A stretch of 64,000 nt of DNA. It comes from Mobula hypostoma (Eukaryota). Of the stretch, positions 1 to 13,600 are shown in pieces. Positions within the stretch are counted from its first letter, which is position 1. Each line of letters opens with the position of its first letter. The notes under the pieces are model-generated. The model did no database searches and was not told where the DNA came from. It saw nothing but the letters and a program-made list of their open reading frames with translations. The stretch covers positions 45,944,001 to 46,008,000 of the forward strand of contig NC_086108.1 in NCBI RefSeq assembly GCF_963921235.1. The letters run 5' to 3'. The position numbers and the translations under genes were made by a program.

Positions 1-225
1 TGCAGATAGAGTGAAGGTGCTCAACGCAGCAGTGCCCAATCTACGTTGGGTCTCACCAATGTAGGGTAGCCTGCATCGGGAGCACTGGATACAGTGGCAG
101 CCCCAACAGATTCACAAGTGAAGTGTTTCCTCACCTGGAAGGACAGTTTGGGGTCCTGAATGAAGGAGCAGGAGGAGGTGAATGGACAAGTGTAGCTCTT
201 CTGCTTGTGGGGATCAGTCCTACAC
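1..225 (-). mobile_element. Penelope-like element remnant (GIY-YIG region)
   Basis: Translates as SFQVRKHFTCES, similar to the other Penelope-like copies in the window. Confidence 0.7.
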
Positions 226-280
226 ACTTCCTTGGCTCTGCACTGTTTTCTTTTCATTTCAGCTTAATTTAAATTCCCTT

Positions 281-1718
281 TAGAAACATAGAAAACCTAC
301 AGCACAATACAGGCCCTTCGGCCCACAAAGCTGTGCTGAACATGACCTTACCCTAGAAATTACCTAGCGTTACCCAAAGCCCTCTATTTTTCTGAGCTCC
401 ATGTACCTGTCCAGGAGTCTCCTAAAAGACCCTATTGTATCTGCCTCCACCACAGTCGCCGGCAGCCCATTCCACGCACTCACCACTCTCTGCGTTTTTT
501 AAACAAAAAATTTACCCCTGACATCTCCTCTGTACCTACTTCCAAGCACCTTAAAACTGTGCGCTCTCAACGCCAGCCATTTCAGCCCTGGGAAAAAGCC
601 TCTGACTATCCACATGATCAATGTCTCTCATCATTTTATACACCTCTATCAGGTAATCTCCCATCATCTGTCACTCCAAGGAAAAAAGGCTGAGTTCACT
701 CAACCTATTCTCATAAGGCATGCTCCCCAATTCAGGCAACATCCTTGTAAATCTCCTCTGCACCCTTTCTATGGCTTCCACATCCTTCCTGTAGTGAGGC
801 AACCAGAACTGAGCACAGTACTCCAAGTGGGGTCTGACCAGGGTCCTATATAGCTGCAACATTACCTCTTGGCTCCTAAACTCAATCCCACGATTGATGA
901 AGGCCAATGCACCGTATGCTTTCTTAACTACAGAGTTAACCTGTGCAAACACGAGGAAATCTGCAGATGCTGGAATTTCAAGCAACACATATAAAAGTTG
1001 CTGGTGAATGCAGCAGGCCAGGCAGCATCTCTAGGAAGAGGTACAGTCGACGTTTCGGGCCGAGACCCTTCATCAGGAAACGTTGATTGTACCTCTTCCT
1101 AGGGATGCTGCCTGGCCTGCTGTGTTCACCAGCAACTTTTATGTGTGTTGAGTTAACCTGTGCAGCAGCTTTGAGTGTCCTATGGACTCAGACCCCAAGA
1201 TCCCTCTGATCCGCCACACTGCCAAGAGTCTTACCATTAATACTATATTCTGCCATCATATTTGACCTACCAAAATGCACCACCTCACACTTATCTGGGT
1301 TGAACTCCATCTGCCACTTCCTAGCCTAGTTCTGCATCCTATCAATGTCCCGCTGTAACCTCTGACAACCCTCCACACTATACACAAAACCTCCAACCTT
1401 TGTGTCATCAGCAAATTTGCTAACCCATCCCTCCACGTCTTCATCCAGGTCATTTATAAAAATCACCAAGATTAGGGGTCGCAGAAGAGATCCCTGAGGC
1501 ACACCACTGGTCACCGACCTCCATGCAGAATATGATCCGTCTACAACCACACTTTGCCTTCTGTGGGCAAGCCAGTTCTGGATCCACAAAGCAATGTCTC
1601 CTTGGATCCCATGCCTCCTTACTTTTTTAATAAGTCTTGCATGGGGTACCTTATGAAAAGCCTTGCGGAAATCCATATAGGCTTTACCTTCATCAATGTG
1701 TTTAGTCACATCCTCAAA
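281..1718 (-). mobile_element. CR1-type LINE, 5'-truncated, interrupted by a hairpin insertion at 948..1150
   Basis: RT motifs [14 protein letters not shown] and LVRPHLEYC; tagaaaca-type 3' tail at 281. Confidence 0.9.
948..1150. mobile_element. Short Penelope-derived inverted-repeat (fold-back) element with a hammerhead motif
   Basis: Arms ~984-1054 and ~1077-1150 are reverse complements; flanked by direct repeat AGTTAACCTGTGCA (934-947 and 1151-1164). Confidence 0.85.
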
Positions 1719-2383
1719 ACTTTTCATTTTATTTTCTCTACAAAGGGAAAACTGTATATCCCCATTTTGTATAATATCTAATAAATGGATGTTTTTCTTT
1801 AAATCTGAGCTACGAGCCAGATTTTCTATTTTCTTGTTATAAGCTATTAACTTCTGAGAAAAATGGAGAAGGAAGTGGTACCCTCTGGTTGCTAGCCTCA
1901 CAGTGTAACTCAGAACTGTGTCCCCTGAAAATACTGGGAATACGCCACGTGACACTCTGAGCCTGAGGCTCCATTCAGTAAGATATTCGCTTTAATGTTC
2001 TCTTTTGCATAATCTACCTTGTAATAAAGAACAGCAGAAAAGATGCGATGGCTTATAAGGTCCTTTTATTTCTGCTGTTTCATTCAATGCTTCTGTGTGC
2101 TTGAGGGCTTCATATTAACTTGAATGTGACAGTTAATCAGAATCAGCTTTCTTTAGGTCATATTTATAATGGAGGTTAATAAAATCATGATGGGAATGAG
2201 GCAACCGGCTTAACAAATACAGGAAAAAATATAATTTTGCCCTATTCCTGCAATTGAATAAAATTGGGCATTCTTAATTTTGCTGCTTTAGACTGAAAAG
2301 AGGTGAGAAGGAGATCACCTCTTCAGGTAGAATTTGAATTAATTGTCTTTATTTAAAAAAATGACTTTGTTTTCCATTGACAG

Positions 2384-2422
2384 CGTGTTGCTCTCAGTAT
2401 GGAGGACGATGGATTACCCTGA
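2384..2422 (+). CDS. Putative last coding exon of an unidentified convergent gene (RVALSMEDDGLP*; alternative frame VLLSVWRTMDYPETNRVAST*)
   Basis: Good acceptor (tttgttttccattgacag) and a short coding-like stretch, followed by about 2 kb of TE-free AT-rich 3'UTR-like sequence containing TATTTATTTAT. No upstream exon found in the window. Confidence 0.4.
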   Translation, partial: RVALSMEDDGLP

Positions 2423-4589
2423 GACAAATCGTGTCGCATCTACTTGACCTACAGATTCCCCACATCAAACGATGCAGCAGCTGTACCAGTCAAGATTGGA
2501 TGCCCAGTCACCAGAGAGAAAATTTCTAACATCTAAATGATGTGTATTTTTGTACTAGCAGATCATTTTTATACTATAAATGAAACACAAAAAAGGGACT
2601 TTTTTTTTGCACTGATTGAACACCAGAAAGAAATGACACTGGCTATAAGTGTCAACTCCAATTCCTTACATTTGTATAGAATAATGCTGCACTTGCACGC
2701 AGAACCCCTTCACAGCTATATTTCTATCTTTTTGTAAATAGTCTTAACAGTACTCGTTGCAGTTTGAAGTTTTGCTGAGAGCTTAATTTGTTGAAGCTCC
2801 CCATTGGCATAAACTACACAGGATTGAAAAAAAACAGGTATTTATTTATGGATTTACTTCCTGGACAGACATGGTTATGTACATATGAAATGAAATAGAA
2901 AATATTTTACTGCTGCTGCATTTTGCCTTTTCTGTACAGTGGAGCCTTATTTGCATATGTTTATACAAAAGGAGAATGTATTTATAAAATTGGGAAATGT
3001 GTGGATGCTTGCTTCTTTATGTATTTGTCTGACTCAAGCAGAGCAAATTTCTTTGAAGGGACAAACTGGAATGTCCAATTAACTATAAGTGAATGCTCGC
3101 TGCATATTTGCTCTGCTATGAATTTAATTTTGTTTTCAAATCTCTGCAATTTTTTGTAGTTCAGTTGTTAAAAGTTTTTCATTTCATAACTTAAATGTAA
3201 CTGTTCTGATATTTGAATGGAGAATGGAATAACCTGGTATTGAGCCTACAGAGCATTGGCTAATGCCCCTTTAGGAGGAGAAAGGAGAGATAAAAAGCAA
3301 TCAGTCGTAATGCATTCACAGTGAGTACTGTCAGAAATTTCAGATGTGGAACTTGTGCAGCCTAAAGTTCTACCTATGATAAGTTTCATGGGTGAGAAAT
3401 GGAAATATGGTAGAAGGGCTATGGGTGATCTCTCAGTACCCTCAAGGGATGTTTGAAGAGCGAGAAGGGTGATGTCAGGAGGAAACACATTTAGTATAAA
3501 ATGTACATATTGGATCTGCAGTACAGATCAAGTAAAAGTCTGCCTTTTGAATAACTTTAAGACTGATTTCCTTAAAATAGCCAAAGGTTTTGTAAGAGAT
3601 GCATTAAAATGGTTTTCTTTTCTAAACCTGATACAATATTTTTCTGAGGTGAGGTGGAAATCTATCAAATTTGTATCTGGTTTCCCTGTATATTTGCATA
3701 TTTGTAATATTTGATCTGTATTGATGTTGAGAGGGGAATTTTGGTTGTGTTTTTACCTTGATCAGGATATCTTGTAAAGCAGATTTCTATGGCTTGTATT
3801 TGTATTAAATTTGAAGTTGGTAACCCAAGATTAAGAACATTAAAGTAGTCACCTAGAACAAGCCTGGCTAAACTCTTTTTTTGGTGTAGTAGCTCATAAG
3901 AAGAACAACTCATAGGAAGTGCATGTTGCTTATCTCTGTACTAAAGGTGAAGGGGAAATTACAGCCTCTTGGATATATCATCAAAGTACGTTTTCTCCTT
4001 GGGTACAAAATCCACAATAACAGAGCCAATCATAATTTAAATCCAGCAAGATCTAACAAATATGATCAGACTTCGATTAGTTACCAGCCCAATTACTCAG
4101 CATAACCTGTGATTTACAACGTAACCACTAATGTTCTAAGCAGTATATTATTTCTTATCTGTGCTTGTCTATATTATTAGACACGGATTGCAGAATTATG
4201 CCACTCAGCCCATCAGTTCTGTTCCGCTATCTAATTGATCATGGCCGATTTATTATCCTTCTCAACCCTATGCTCCTACTTTCTCACCGGTAAGACATTA
4301 TAAAGTAGATGCACTTACTTTGATATCTAGTTTTTCTATCAGCAGGCAAGTGTAATAAATCAACTCGCTGAGGGCCAAGCTATGGCCCTCTTCGCACTAA
4401 TTACAACGCGTCATTTCAAAAATGAGCCACTTTTTCCTGTCTATTTAAAATCCTCACTTCCAGATAAGAAGCTCCATAGTCCCATGAAGGCTAACTTTGG
4501 ATTGTACGTTTTGTTTGCAGCTTCTTATTGAACGCTACTTGAAAGCCCAAACTGTATTCATTGCGTCCTGGAGCAACGCAGTATGGGTA

Positions 4590-5575
4590 CAGGTCCTGCG
4601 GTCCAATGATTGCACGCCAGCCATGTTGCCCACCCATCGAGTCCCAAATTCCTGCATCGGCCCATATCCCTCTAAGCCCTGCCACTGCATGTACCTATCC
4701 AAGTGGTCCTTAAATGATACAATTGTACCTCCCTCATCCGACAGCTCATTCTATATACTCACCACCCTCCATGTGGGAAAACTTGCCCTTTTCCACCTTA
4801 CTGCAAATATACCTCCCCTAGTGTTGGACTCCTCTGCCCAGGGGTAAAGGTTGATATCATTCGCCTTATTTAGGCCTTTCATTATTTAAGATCACCCCTC
4901 ATTTTCCTGTGCTTCAAGGAATAAAGATCTAGCCTGGCCAACCTCTCAGACCCTCTAGTCCTGGCAACATCCTTGTAAATCCTTGTGGCAAAGTTGTTTC
5001 CCATGATGGGGGAGTCTAATATGAGAGGGCATGACCTAAGGATTGAAGGGTGCCCATTCAGAACAGAAATGAGAAGAAATTTTTTTAGTCAGAGGGTGGT
5101 GAATCTATGGAATTTGTTGCCATGGGCAGCAGTGGAGGCCAAGTCATTGGGTGTATTTAAGGCAGAGATTGATAGGTATCTGAGTAGCCAGGACATCAAA
5201 GGTTGTGGTGAGAAGGCGGGGGAGTTGGACTAAATGGGAGAATGGATCAGCTCATGATAAAATGGTGGAGCAGACTCGATGGACCGAATGGCCGACTTCT
5301 GCTCCTTTGTCTTATGGTCTTATGGTCTAAATCATTTCTGCCCTCTTTCCAGTTTAACCAAGTCTTTTCTAAAACAGGGTGACCAAAGCTGTACATGGTG
5401 CAACTTCACCAACGGCTTGTACAACAGCAATACAATGTCCCAACTCCTCCGCTCAACGGCCTGACTGATTGAAGTGAGAGTGCTAAATGGCTTTTTCAGC
5501 ACACTGCAGAGTTTGCTTTCAATGACCTACGCATTTGTACTCTCGGGTCCCTCTGTTCCATTACACTCCCCGGTC
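4590..5575. mobile_element. Nested CR1 3' fragments: minus-strand copy interrupted by a plus-strand copy (4985..5328)
   Basis: ORF 4985..5233 reads [14 protein letters not shown]; (TATGGTCT)n tail at about 5313-5328. Confidence 0.8.
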
Positions 5576-5719
5576 ATTTCTGCACTGGTTTTATGCTAAC
5601 CCTTCACTCCAGCTTAGACATAACTTTAAGAAACTCAATTTTATTGTATTGAACTTTTACTGAGAAATCTGTGACTCGTTCCTAATAACACATTAATAAT
5701 AAACTATAGGAAAGTTGTA

Positions 5720-6500
5720 AACCCAAAATACTCTGCAGATGCTGGGGTCAAAGCAACACTCACAACACGCTGGAGGAACTCAGCAGGTCAGGCAGCATCA
5801 GTGGAAAAGATCGGACGACGTTTCAGGCCGGAAACCTTCGTCAGGACTGTAGAGGGAAGGGGCAGAGGCCCTATAAAAAAGGTGGGGGGAGGGTGGGAAG
5901 GAGAAGGCTGGTAGGTTCCAGGTGAAAAACCAGTAAGGGGAAAGATAAAGGGGTGGGGGAGGGGAAGCAGGGAGGTGATAGGCAGGAAAGGTGAAGGAGG
6001 AGTAGGGGAAAACAATGGGTAGTAGAAGGAGGTGGAACCATGACGGAGGTGATAGGCAGCTGGGGGAGGGGGCAGAGTGAAATAGGGATTGGGGAAGGGA
6101 ATTACCGGAAGTTGGAGAATTCTATGTTCATATCAAGGGGCTGGAGACTACCTAGTCGGTACATGAGGTGTTGCTCTTCCAACCTGAGTTTAGCCTCATC
6201 ATGGCAGTAGAGGAGGCCATGTATGGACATATCTGAATGGGAATGGGAAGCAGAGCTGAAGTGGATGGCTATCGGGAGATCCTGTCTGTTGTGGCGGATG
6301 GAGCGGAGGTGCTCGACGAAGCAGTCCCCCAATCTGCGTCGGGTTTCACCGACGTAGAGGAGGCCGCACCGGGAGCACCGGATGCAATAGATGACCCCAA
6401 CAGACTCACAAGTGAAGTGTTGCCTCACTGGGAAGGACTGTTTGGGGCCCTGAATGGTGGCAAGAGAGAAGATGTAGGGACAGGTGTAGCACTTGCACTT
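5720..6500 (-). mobile_element. Penelope-like element 3' fragment (GIY-YIG endonuclease, purine-rich UTR, pLTR)
   Basis: ORF 6102..6428 reads [23 protein letters not shown]...EH...HF; hammerhead-like motif at about 5815-5848. Confidence 0.9.
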
Positions 6501-6637
6501 ACAAGTGCTGGAAAGTTGTCCTACCTTCTCTCTTTGGAAAATTAAGGTTGCATTTGTTACTTTTAATGGGTATAGTAACTCAAAATTATTTATAATTTTT
6601 ATAATGTACCTGCTATTTCCTTACAAAATGTATGCAG

Positions 6638-6643
6638 TTTATT
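6638..6643 (-). promoter_or_regulatory. Candidate polyadenylation signal (AATAAA) for ovoA
   Basis: tttatt on the plus strand about 0.9 kb downstream of the stop, in an AT-rich TE-free tract. Not verifiable without transcripts. Confidence 0.3.
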
Positions 6644-7566
6644 CTCAATCCTAAAATATACAGCGTTTTAAAGAGCAAAACAACGTAATCATCTCCTCTA
6701 CTAGTTTCTTCTAAAATTCTATGGGTTAGGACGTGAGAATTTAATTTAATCCTAATAATTAATTTAGTATCACTTATGAACTGCTATTAAATTCTTAATT
6801 TTCTACAGATCGTTGATTCCTTTCTGTACTTTGTTACTTCTGTACTGATGAGAATTTTCAAGTAAAACATAATTGAAATAAATCTTTCCACATTTTTTTA
6901 GGATCATTTTAAAGATACAAAATCCTTAAGGCAACATTGGCAAATAACTAACCAAACAAAGAGTTTTAAGGTAAACATATGGTGTAATGAGAGACCAGAC
7001 CAGATTAATGTTCACTGTAACTGTAACCTTTTAGTAAAGAGTATTTTGTACACTGAAATTAGAAATGTCTATTTAAGGACACAAATCATATTTCAAAGTA
7101 CAATAGATGATTAAGTGTTGAAAATAATTTATGCAGGAAGTTTCAAACAAGGTTATATCAATGGTCATGAGTTTTTTTTTTGGTTATATACAGACCTTAT
7201 GATGATTGCCCCAAAAGCAGCACCAGCAAAGTGTATGGTTAATAACTCGCTAGTTACACACAAGAAGTTCATGGAACTGAGGAATAATGAAGCTACTTTA
7301 TCATCTACCAGTATTATGTATGGTCATTAAAAGGAACATGCTCAGCAAGGCCAAAAACTTACACAATACATCTCTGTGAGAGCTTAATAAACCTAGGCAA
7401 AATTCAATCAAAACATAATTCTGGAGGAATATAATAAAAACAAATCATTTCTCCATAGGCATTTACTGTAATACTCAGAAATGAACATTACTCTTTCAGC
7501 AGCTCCTTGGAGACTTTGTCACTAATCTTCATTGTCACTGATACTGGAGTCTGTGGGATGGTGCGG

Positions 7567-7645
7567 CTACCAGATGGTAACAAAAGTAACTCCTTTGCCT
7601 TGGTTTCTTCTGCTCTCGATTTCCCTTTCTTCCACAAAGGACCAC
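7567..7645 (-). CDS. ovoA: ovoA last coding exon: [26 protein letters not shown]
   Basis: Acceptor ttgtcatgtag; phase fits the previous exon (CA|G); ends in a terminal beta-strand (VTIW) and TAG at 7567-7569. Confidence 0.8.
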
Positions 7646-10600
7646 CTACATGACAAGTTCACATTTTACCAGAAGCATTTTGAATAATTCCCCTACAATT
7701 ACGTTTTTTTTTAACCACCACTTTTAATTTCCTCCACAAAATAAAGATCATTGCCTGGTTATAAGTCAGATAGTCGCCCCAGCTGTTCCAAACTGTGTTT
7801 AAAACACTTTTTTAAAACTATAAACAGAAAAGGCACCTGGGCAAGTTCAGGCATCCTTCTTTGACAAAAGGCTCTTTAACCTTGTTCTACAAACAACAGG
7901 AATTCTGCAGATGCTGGAAATTCAAGCAACACACATAAAAGTTGCTGGTGAACACAGCAGGCCAGGCAGCATCTCTAGGAAGAGGTGCAGTTGACATTTC
8001 AGGCCGAGACCCTTTGGCCTGAAACGTCGACTGCACCTCTTCCTAGTTAACCTTGTTCTTGTTGTTTACCTGATCTTCCAGATCAAGGTCTCACAGCCAG
8101 GGAGTGTTAGTAAATTTCAGTCAGCATAGCCGTACAGCATGATGCTTACCCAGACTGCCCTATGTTTAGATGTGAGCATCAGTAAACATAACCTGTTTGT
8201 GATGTGGATTGAAATTCAGACACTGGGGGCAACCACTCTGTTCATTCTCAACTGCTGTATTGGGATTTCTGGAGGGGGACACTCAACACAAAATATGGAA
8301 TTTCAGACGGTTACATTCCCCAGTTATAGCATTAATGTGCGAGTAGAAGGGTTTACTTTAACTAGGTGTGATTATCTGAGTTAGTTTAGCACAACATCAC
8401 GAGCCAAAGGGCCTGTTCCTTTGCTACACTATTCCATGTTCTAATGCATCTGTCTTGTTTACATGCTCCTATTTCTGATTCAGAGGCTCCCACTGGGTCA
8501 AGAATAATAGATTTGAATCACTATGGGTTGATGTTTATCCTAAAGGACTTGAGCCTTTTGTGTTCTGCACGGATTAATATTATGTGTCTCATTTTCAAGC
8601 TGCTGGCCACATCACAAAAATTAAACATTCTTATTCTTCTCAACCTTTGCACCCTTTCCCCAATCATTCTCCAGTTGTCCAGCTGAGTAAACCCACTTTC
8701 TCTCAATATTATTTTTCTTTATCCAGTCTTGGCAAAGATTGCCTCCTCTAGGTCTTGGCTCAATCCTACACTATTATATACGATTTCTGCTGGGCCTCCC
8801 TCATTACTCATTTGGTCAAGATCATCCTGCAAAAGCAGTGCCCATTTCTGCATTTACATTACCATCACCCAATCTTGCCTCCTCTCCCCCCCCCCCAACC
8901 TCAATTTCTCCTCCACTACAGAAAATTTCTCTGGCTCTCTCTTCCACCCAAAACCAAATGAACAAAAAAAATTCTGCTAGTGCTATTGGGTATCCCTTTC
9001 CGAGATTACATTTTCCAATGTTCTATAGATTCAGGATCAGTTCCTGCGGATTGGAGGGTAGCTAATGTTATCCCACTTTTTAAGAAAGGAGGGAGAGAGA
9101 AAACAGGCAATTATAGACCAGTTAGTCTGACATCAGTGGGGGGAAGATGCTGGAATCAATTACAAAAGATGAAATAGCGGCATATTTGGATAGCAGTAAC
9201 AGGATAGGTCCGAGTCAGCATGGATTTATGAAGGGGAAATCATGCTTGACTAATCTTCTGGAGTTTTTTGAGGATGTAATTGTGAAAATGGACATGGGAA
9301 AGCCAGTGGATGTAGTGTACCTGGACTTTCAGAAAGCCTTTGATAAGGTCCCACATAGGAGGTTAGTGGACAAAATTAGAGCAAATGGTATTGGGGGTAG
9401 GGTACTGACATGGATAGAAAATTGGTTGGCAGACAGGAAACAAAGAGTAGGGATTAACAGGTCCTTTTCGGAATGGCAGGCAGTGACTAGTGGGGTACCG
9501 CAAGGCTCAGTGCTGGGACTGCAGCTATTTACAATATACATTAATGATTTAGATGAAGGGATTAAAAGTAACATTAGCAAATTTGCAGATGACACAAAGC
9601 TGGGTGACAGTGTGAAATGTGAGCAGGATGTTATGAGAATACAGGGTGACTTTGACCAGTTTGGGTGAGTGGGCAAATGCAGTTTAATGTGGATAAATGT
9701 GAGGTTATCCACTTTGGTGGCAAGAACAGGAAGGCAGATTACCATCTGAATGGTGTCAAGTTAGGAAAAGGGGAAGTACAACAAGATCTGGGTGTCCTTG
9801 TTCATCAGTCACTGAAAGTAAGCATGCAGGTACAGCAGGCAGTGAAGAAAGTTAATGGTATGCTGGCCTTCATAACAAGGGGAATTGAGTATAGGAGCAA
9901 AGAGGTCCTTCTGCAGTTGTACAAGGTCCTGGTGAGAACCCAACTGGAGTATTGTGCGCAGTTTTGGTCTCAAAATTTGAGGAAGGATATTATTGCTATG
10001 GAGGGAATGTAGCTTAGATTCACTGGGTTAATTCCAGGGATGGCGGGAATGTCATATGTTGAAAGATTGGAGCGATTGGACTTGTATACACTGGAATTTA
10101 GAAGGTTGAGAGGGGATCTGATTGAAACATATAATATTATTAAGGGATTGGACACGCTAGAGGCAGGAAGCATGTTCCCAATGTTGAGGGAGTCCAGAAC
10201 CAGAGGTCACAGTTTAAGAATAAGGGGTAGACAATTTAGAATGGAGTTGAGGAAAAACTTTTTCACACAGAGGGTTGTGGCTCTGTGGAATGCTCTGCCT
10301 CAGAAGGCAGTGAGGCCAATTCTCTGGATTCTTTCAAGAAAGAGTTAGATAGAGCTCTTAAAGATAGCAGAGTCGAGGGATACGGGGAGAAGGCAGAAAC
10401 AGGGTACTGATAGCGGATGATCAGCCATGATTACAGTGAATGGCAGTGCTGGCTCGAAGGGCCGAATGGCCTTCTCCTGCACCTATTGTCTATTGTCTAC
10501 TACAGGCAACTCTCTCAGATCTGATTGGTCAAGCCTGATGAGGTCACAAACAACACGAGTTCTAAACTATATTTCTGTACTATCATGGAGATCATACAAT

Positions 10601-13600
10601 TGCATCTCTAGATTTTGCCTTTGCCTCAGCTTATCTGCAGCTGGAACCCTCACTCATGCCGATATTACTTGTAGATCAGTATTCCAATGCATGTTTGATG
10701 ACCTCTGTTTTACCATCCTTAAAACTGGTGTATAACCTTGTCATAACCTTATGTCCATTGGCTCATCACGCTGATACTCACTGGCCCTCACTTTCTTCAA
10801 ATTAATCAATATTTGACATCAAGTTTCCAAGACTTGCTTTTAAATCCCTACATAGCCTTAACTAATCCTATTGCTATAATCATCTCCACCCCTTTAATTA
10901 TTCAAGATCTCTATTCCATTTGGACACCTTAAACTTCTCTGCATTTGACATACTATCATTGATAGCTATGCCTTAAATCTATAAAGACTAAAGCCATTGA
11001 ATTATTCCCTTAATCTGTTTATCTACGCTTCTTTTCATGCACCATTTTAAATCTTTCTCTATTACATTGTTCTCTGTTAGTTTCTTCTATTTCTCAGTAT
11101 TCAATTTTATTTGGGGTTATTTTTAATTTCAATCATTGAAGCTAATTAGTTGCAAAAGATAAAGTCTGGGGAAGGTTGAGATTAATTTGAAAATGGAGTC
11201 TCAAAGAAACATAATTCTCAATGAGTTGATTATTAAAGTATGAAACATTTTAAAACAAGAGCAAGTAATTTTAATACATTACCTACACATAAGCCTAGTC
11301 TACAAAGAAGCAAATCTAATAAGCAACAAGGTTATATTTACCAGAAGGATATCAACAGGAGCAATGACAGATGGAAACACACACACATAATGCTGGATGA
11401 ACTCAGCAGGCCAGGCAGCATCAATGGAAAAGAGTTCAGTCGATGTTTCGGGACAAGACCCGATGAAGGTTCTTTTCTGTACTCATTTTCCATAGGTGCT
11501 GCCTAGCCTGCTGAGTTCCTCCAGCTTTCTGTGTGTATTACTTGGATTTCCAGCATCTACAGATTTTCTCTTGTTACAGATGGAAACACTTTAGCCCAAT
11601 CTTACCACACAGCTCTGTTATTCCAAGGATAACAAGTGATATGAACATCTAACATACCTGATTTGTTCAAAGCTGTACCTTATAACTAGAATCACTCACT
11701 CTGCTGATTAAATAAAGTTCCCAGCTTACACAATGATGCATATTTTTAAAAAATATTATGAACCTCAACACAAATCATATTTGAAATAATAGATTAATTA
11801 TTTTATAATAATACAAATATTATTAGATCTATTTATGAAGCAGTAAATTCATAAATATGCAACTTTTCTTTTTGGTCTGGCAAAAGAAATTAATGCACTT
11901 TGTGATGTTAGGCATTCTAATTTACCTGATATATACATAATAATTTAACGTAGGTCAGGCATTTAGTAAAAGAAACTCAGAGCAGGTAAATTTTGACCCC
12001 TGCTTTGTACTGTGGAATGAAGGAAAGGTTCATAAGGTTCCCTTTCCAGCACAACCCATAGAATAAAATATCTGCTGGTCCCAAATTAATTTACGATTTA
12101 CCTCCCAGAATTATTGTCAGCACTACTCATTAATGGCTGAGCTGAGCTGAAGAGCTTATGCAAACAATCCAGGGCTGCTTTGCTCCTATGACTAAATTGA
12201 TTTAAATATTTTTAAAAATAAAATTCTTCAATGGTAGGAATTATAATTAACCTAAGTAATCTTGGGGATGCAAAGGTGAAAATAAGGACAGCTGATTTTT
12301 ATGTAGCAAATAGTAATGTCACAATGAGGCAGATAATCTATTTTTATGATGTTCAATTGCAGGATAAAAATTGGCTAGGGCATCAGGCATAAATAATTTC
12401 CCTCATTTTTTTTTGTCTTTGATTTCCCCTCTTTGCCTGTGAAAGTAGTTGAGGCCTCTATTCACCGTTTTATCCAATAATATATCTCTCTCAGTGATGT
12501 ACTGTACCTAGATGAAGAAATGGATCGCAAACTTCCCACTTGGCTATTTTATGAGACCACATCACTTTGAATCAGAACTGTGAAGAATGAGGAAAGGAAG
12601 ACTGCAAAAGAAAATTAACAGTTTCCTCTTTGCCTGCCTGGCCTCCCATCACCCACTGCTCCCATTTTCTTCTGTAGTTCAGCCAAGTCCATCCCATTCC
12701 AACATGAAATAATCTGGTCACTTACTGTTTTCTGAGTTCTTGAAACCTTTGATGCAAATTGCTCCTCTTCCACTTCTCTGAGATGATGACGACCAAACCT
12801 TTTGATTGCACGACACCAGACAAGCGTGCTAGCCAAGCTGGCAAATAAAGAAGGTAGCTTTTCAATAAAATATTAGCAACACTCAAACACCGCCATGTCC
12901 TGAAACAAACACTATTTGATTGTGAAGCAACAGGGAGTGACAAAGAGACTTCCACATTCAATTATGAAGTGCACAAGTCAATAAACCTGGTGTAAAATAT
13001 TTTAAACGATCTATAATAGGTAAGTTGGAAGTCCAAGTTACTTCTTCTTGAAACACTTCAACAAATGCTCTCACAAACTCCCAATACCGTATTTTTGCCC
13101 ATTTCATTAAGCAGTTTTTGCAACAAAATTTTTCCTTGATCTTAAACTCCAAATCCACTACCCCACTCCTTGGATCCCCATTGTGGTGGAGTCGATATTT
13201 ATGGCAAGGTCTTTCACTGCAGCTTATTTCAAAATGCAGATTTCATTCCTTTCTGTCTTTGCTTTGCAAATGACAGGCTTTTAAAATTCAAGCCTATGGC
13301 ATCTGGTTGTCAGTTGCTGTTTATTTTTCTCCAATACCCTTTTCATTCTCAATGATGTCTTTAGTTCTCCAACGAGACTTGTCAAAATATAAAACAAAAA
13401 GAGAACTTTAGCAATACCTTCAAGAATTTAAAGGTGAGTACTTTTGTGAAAAAGGACTTGACAATCATTCCCTCATTTGCCTTTGATGGAATGACATGTC
13501 ATCCCTGAATGGACCAATAAAGCACAAAAAGGCAACCCACGGCAACTCTAATTCTCCTCAAACAAAAAGAGTATTTCAATCACCTTTTCATGAAATAGGA

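Noticed and set aside
12958..13242. About 95-codon open frame on the minus strand near an ovoA exon
   Set aside because: No recognisable motif or fitting splice sites; not needed for the in-phase gene model.
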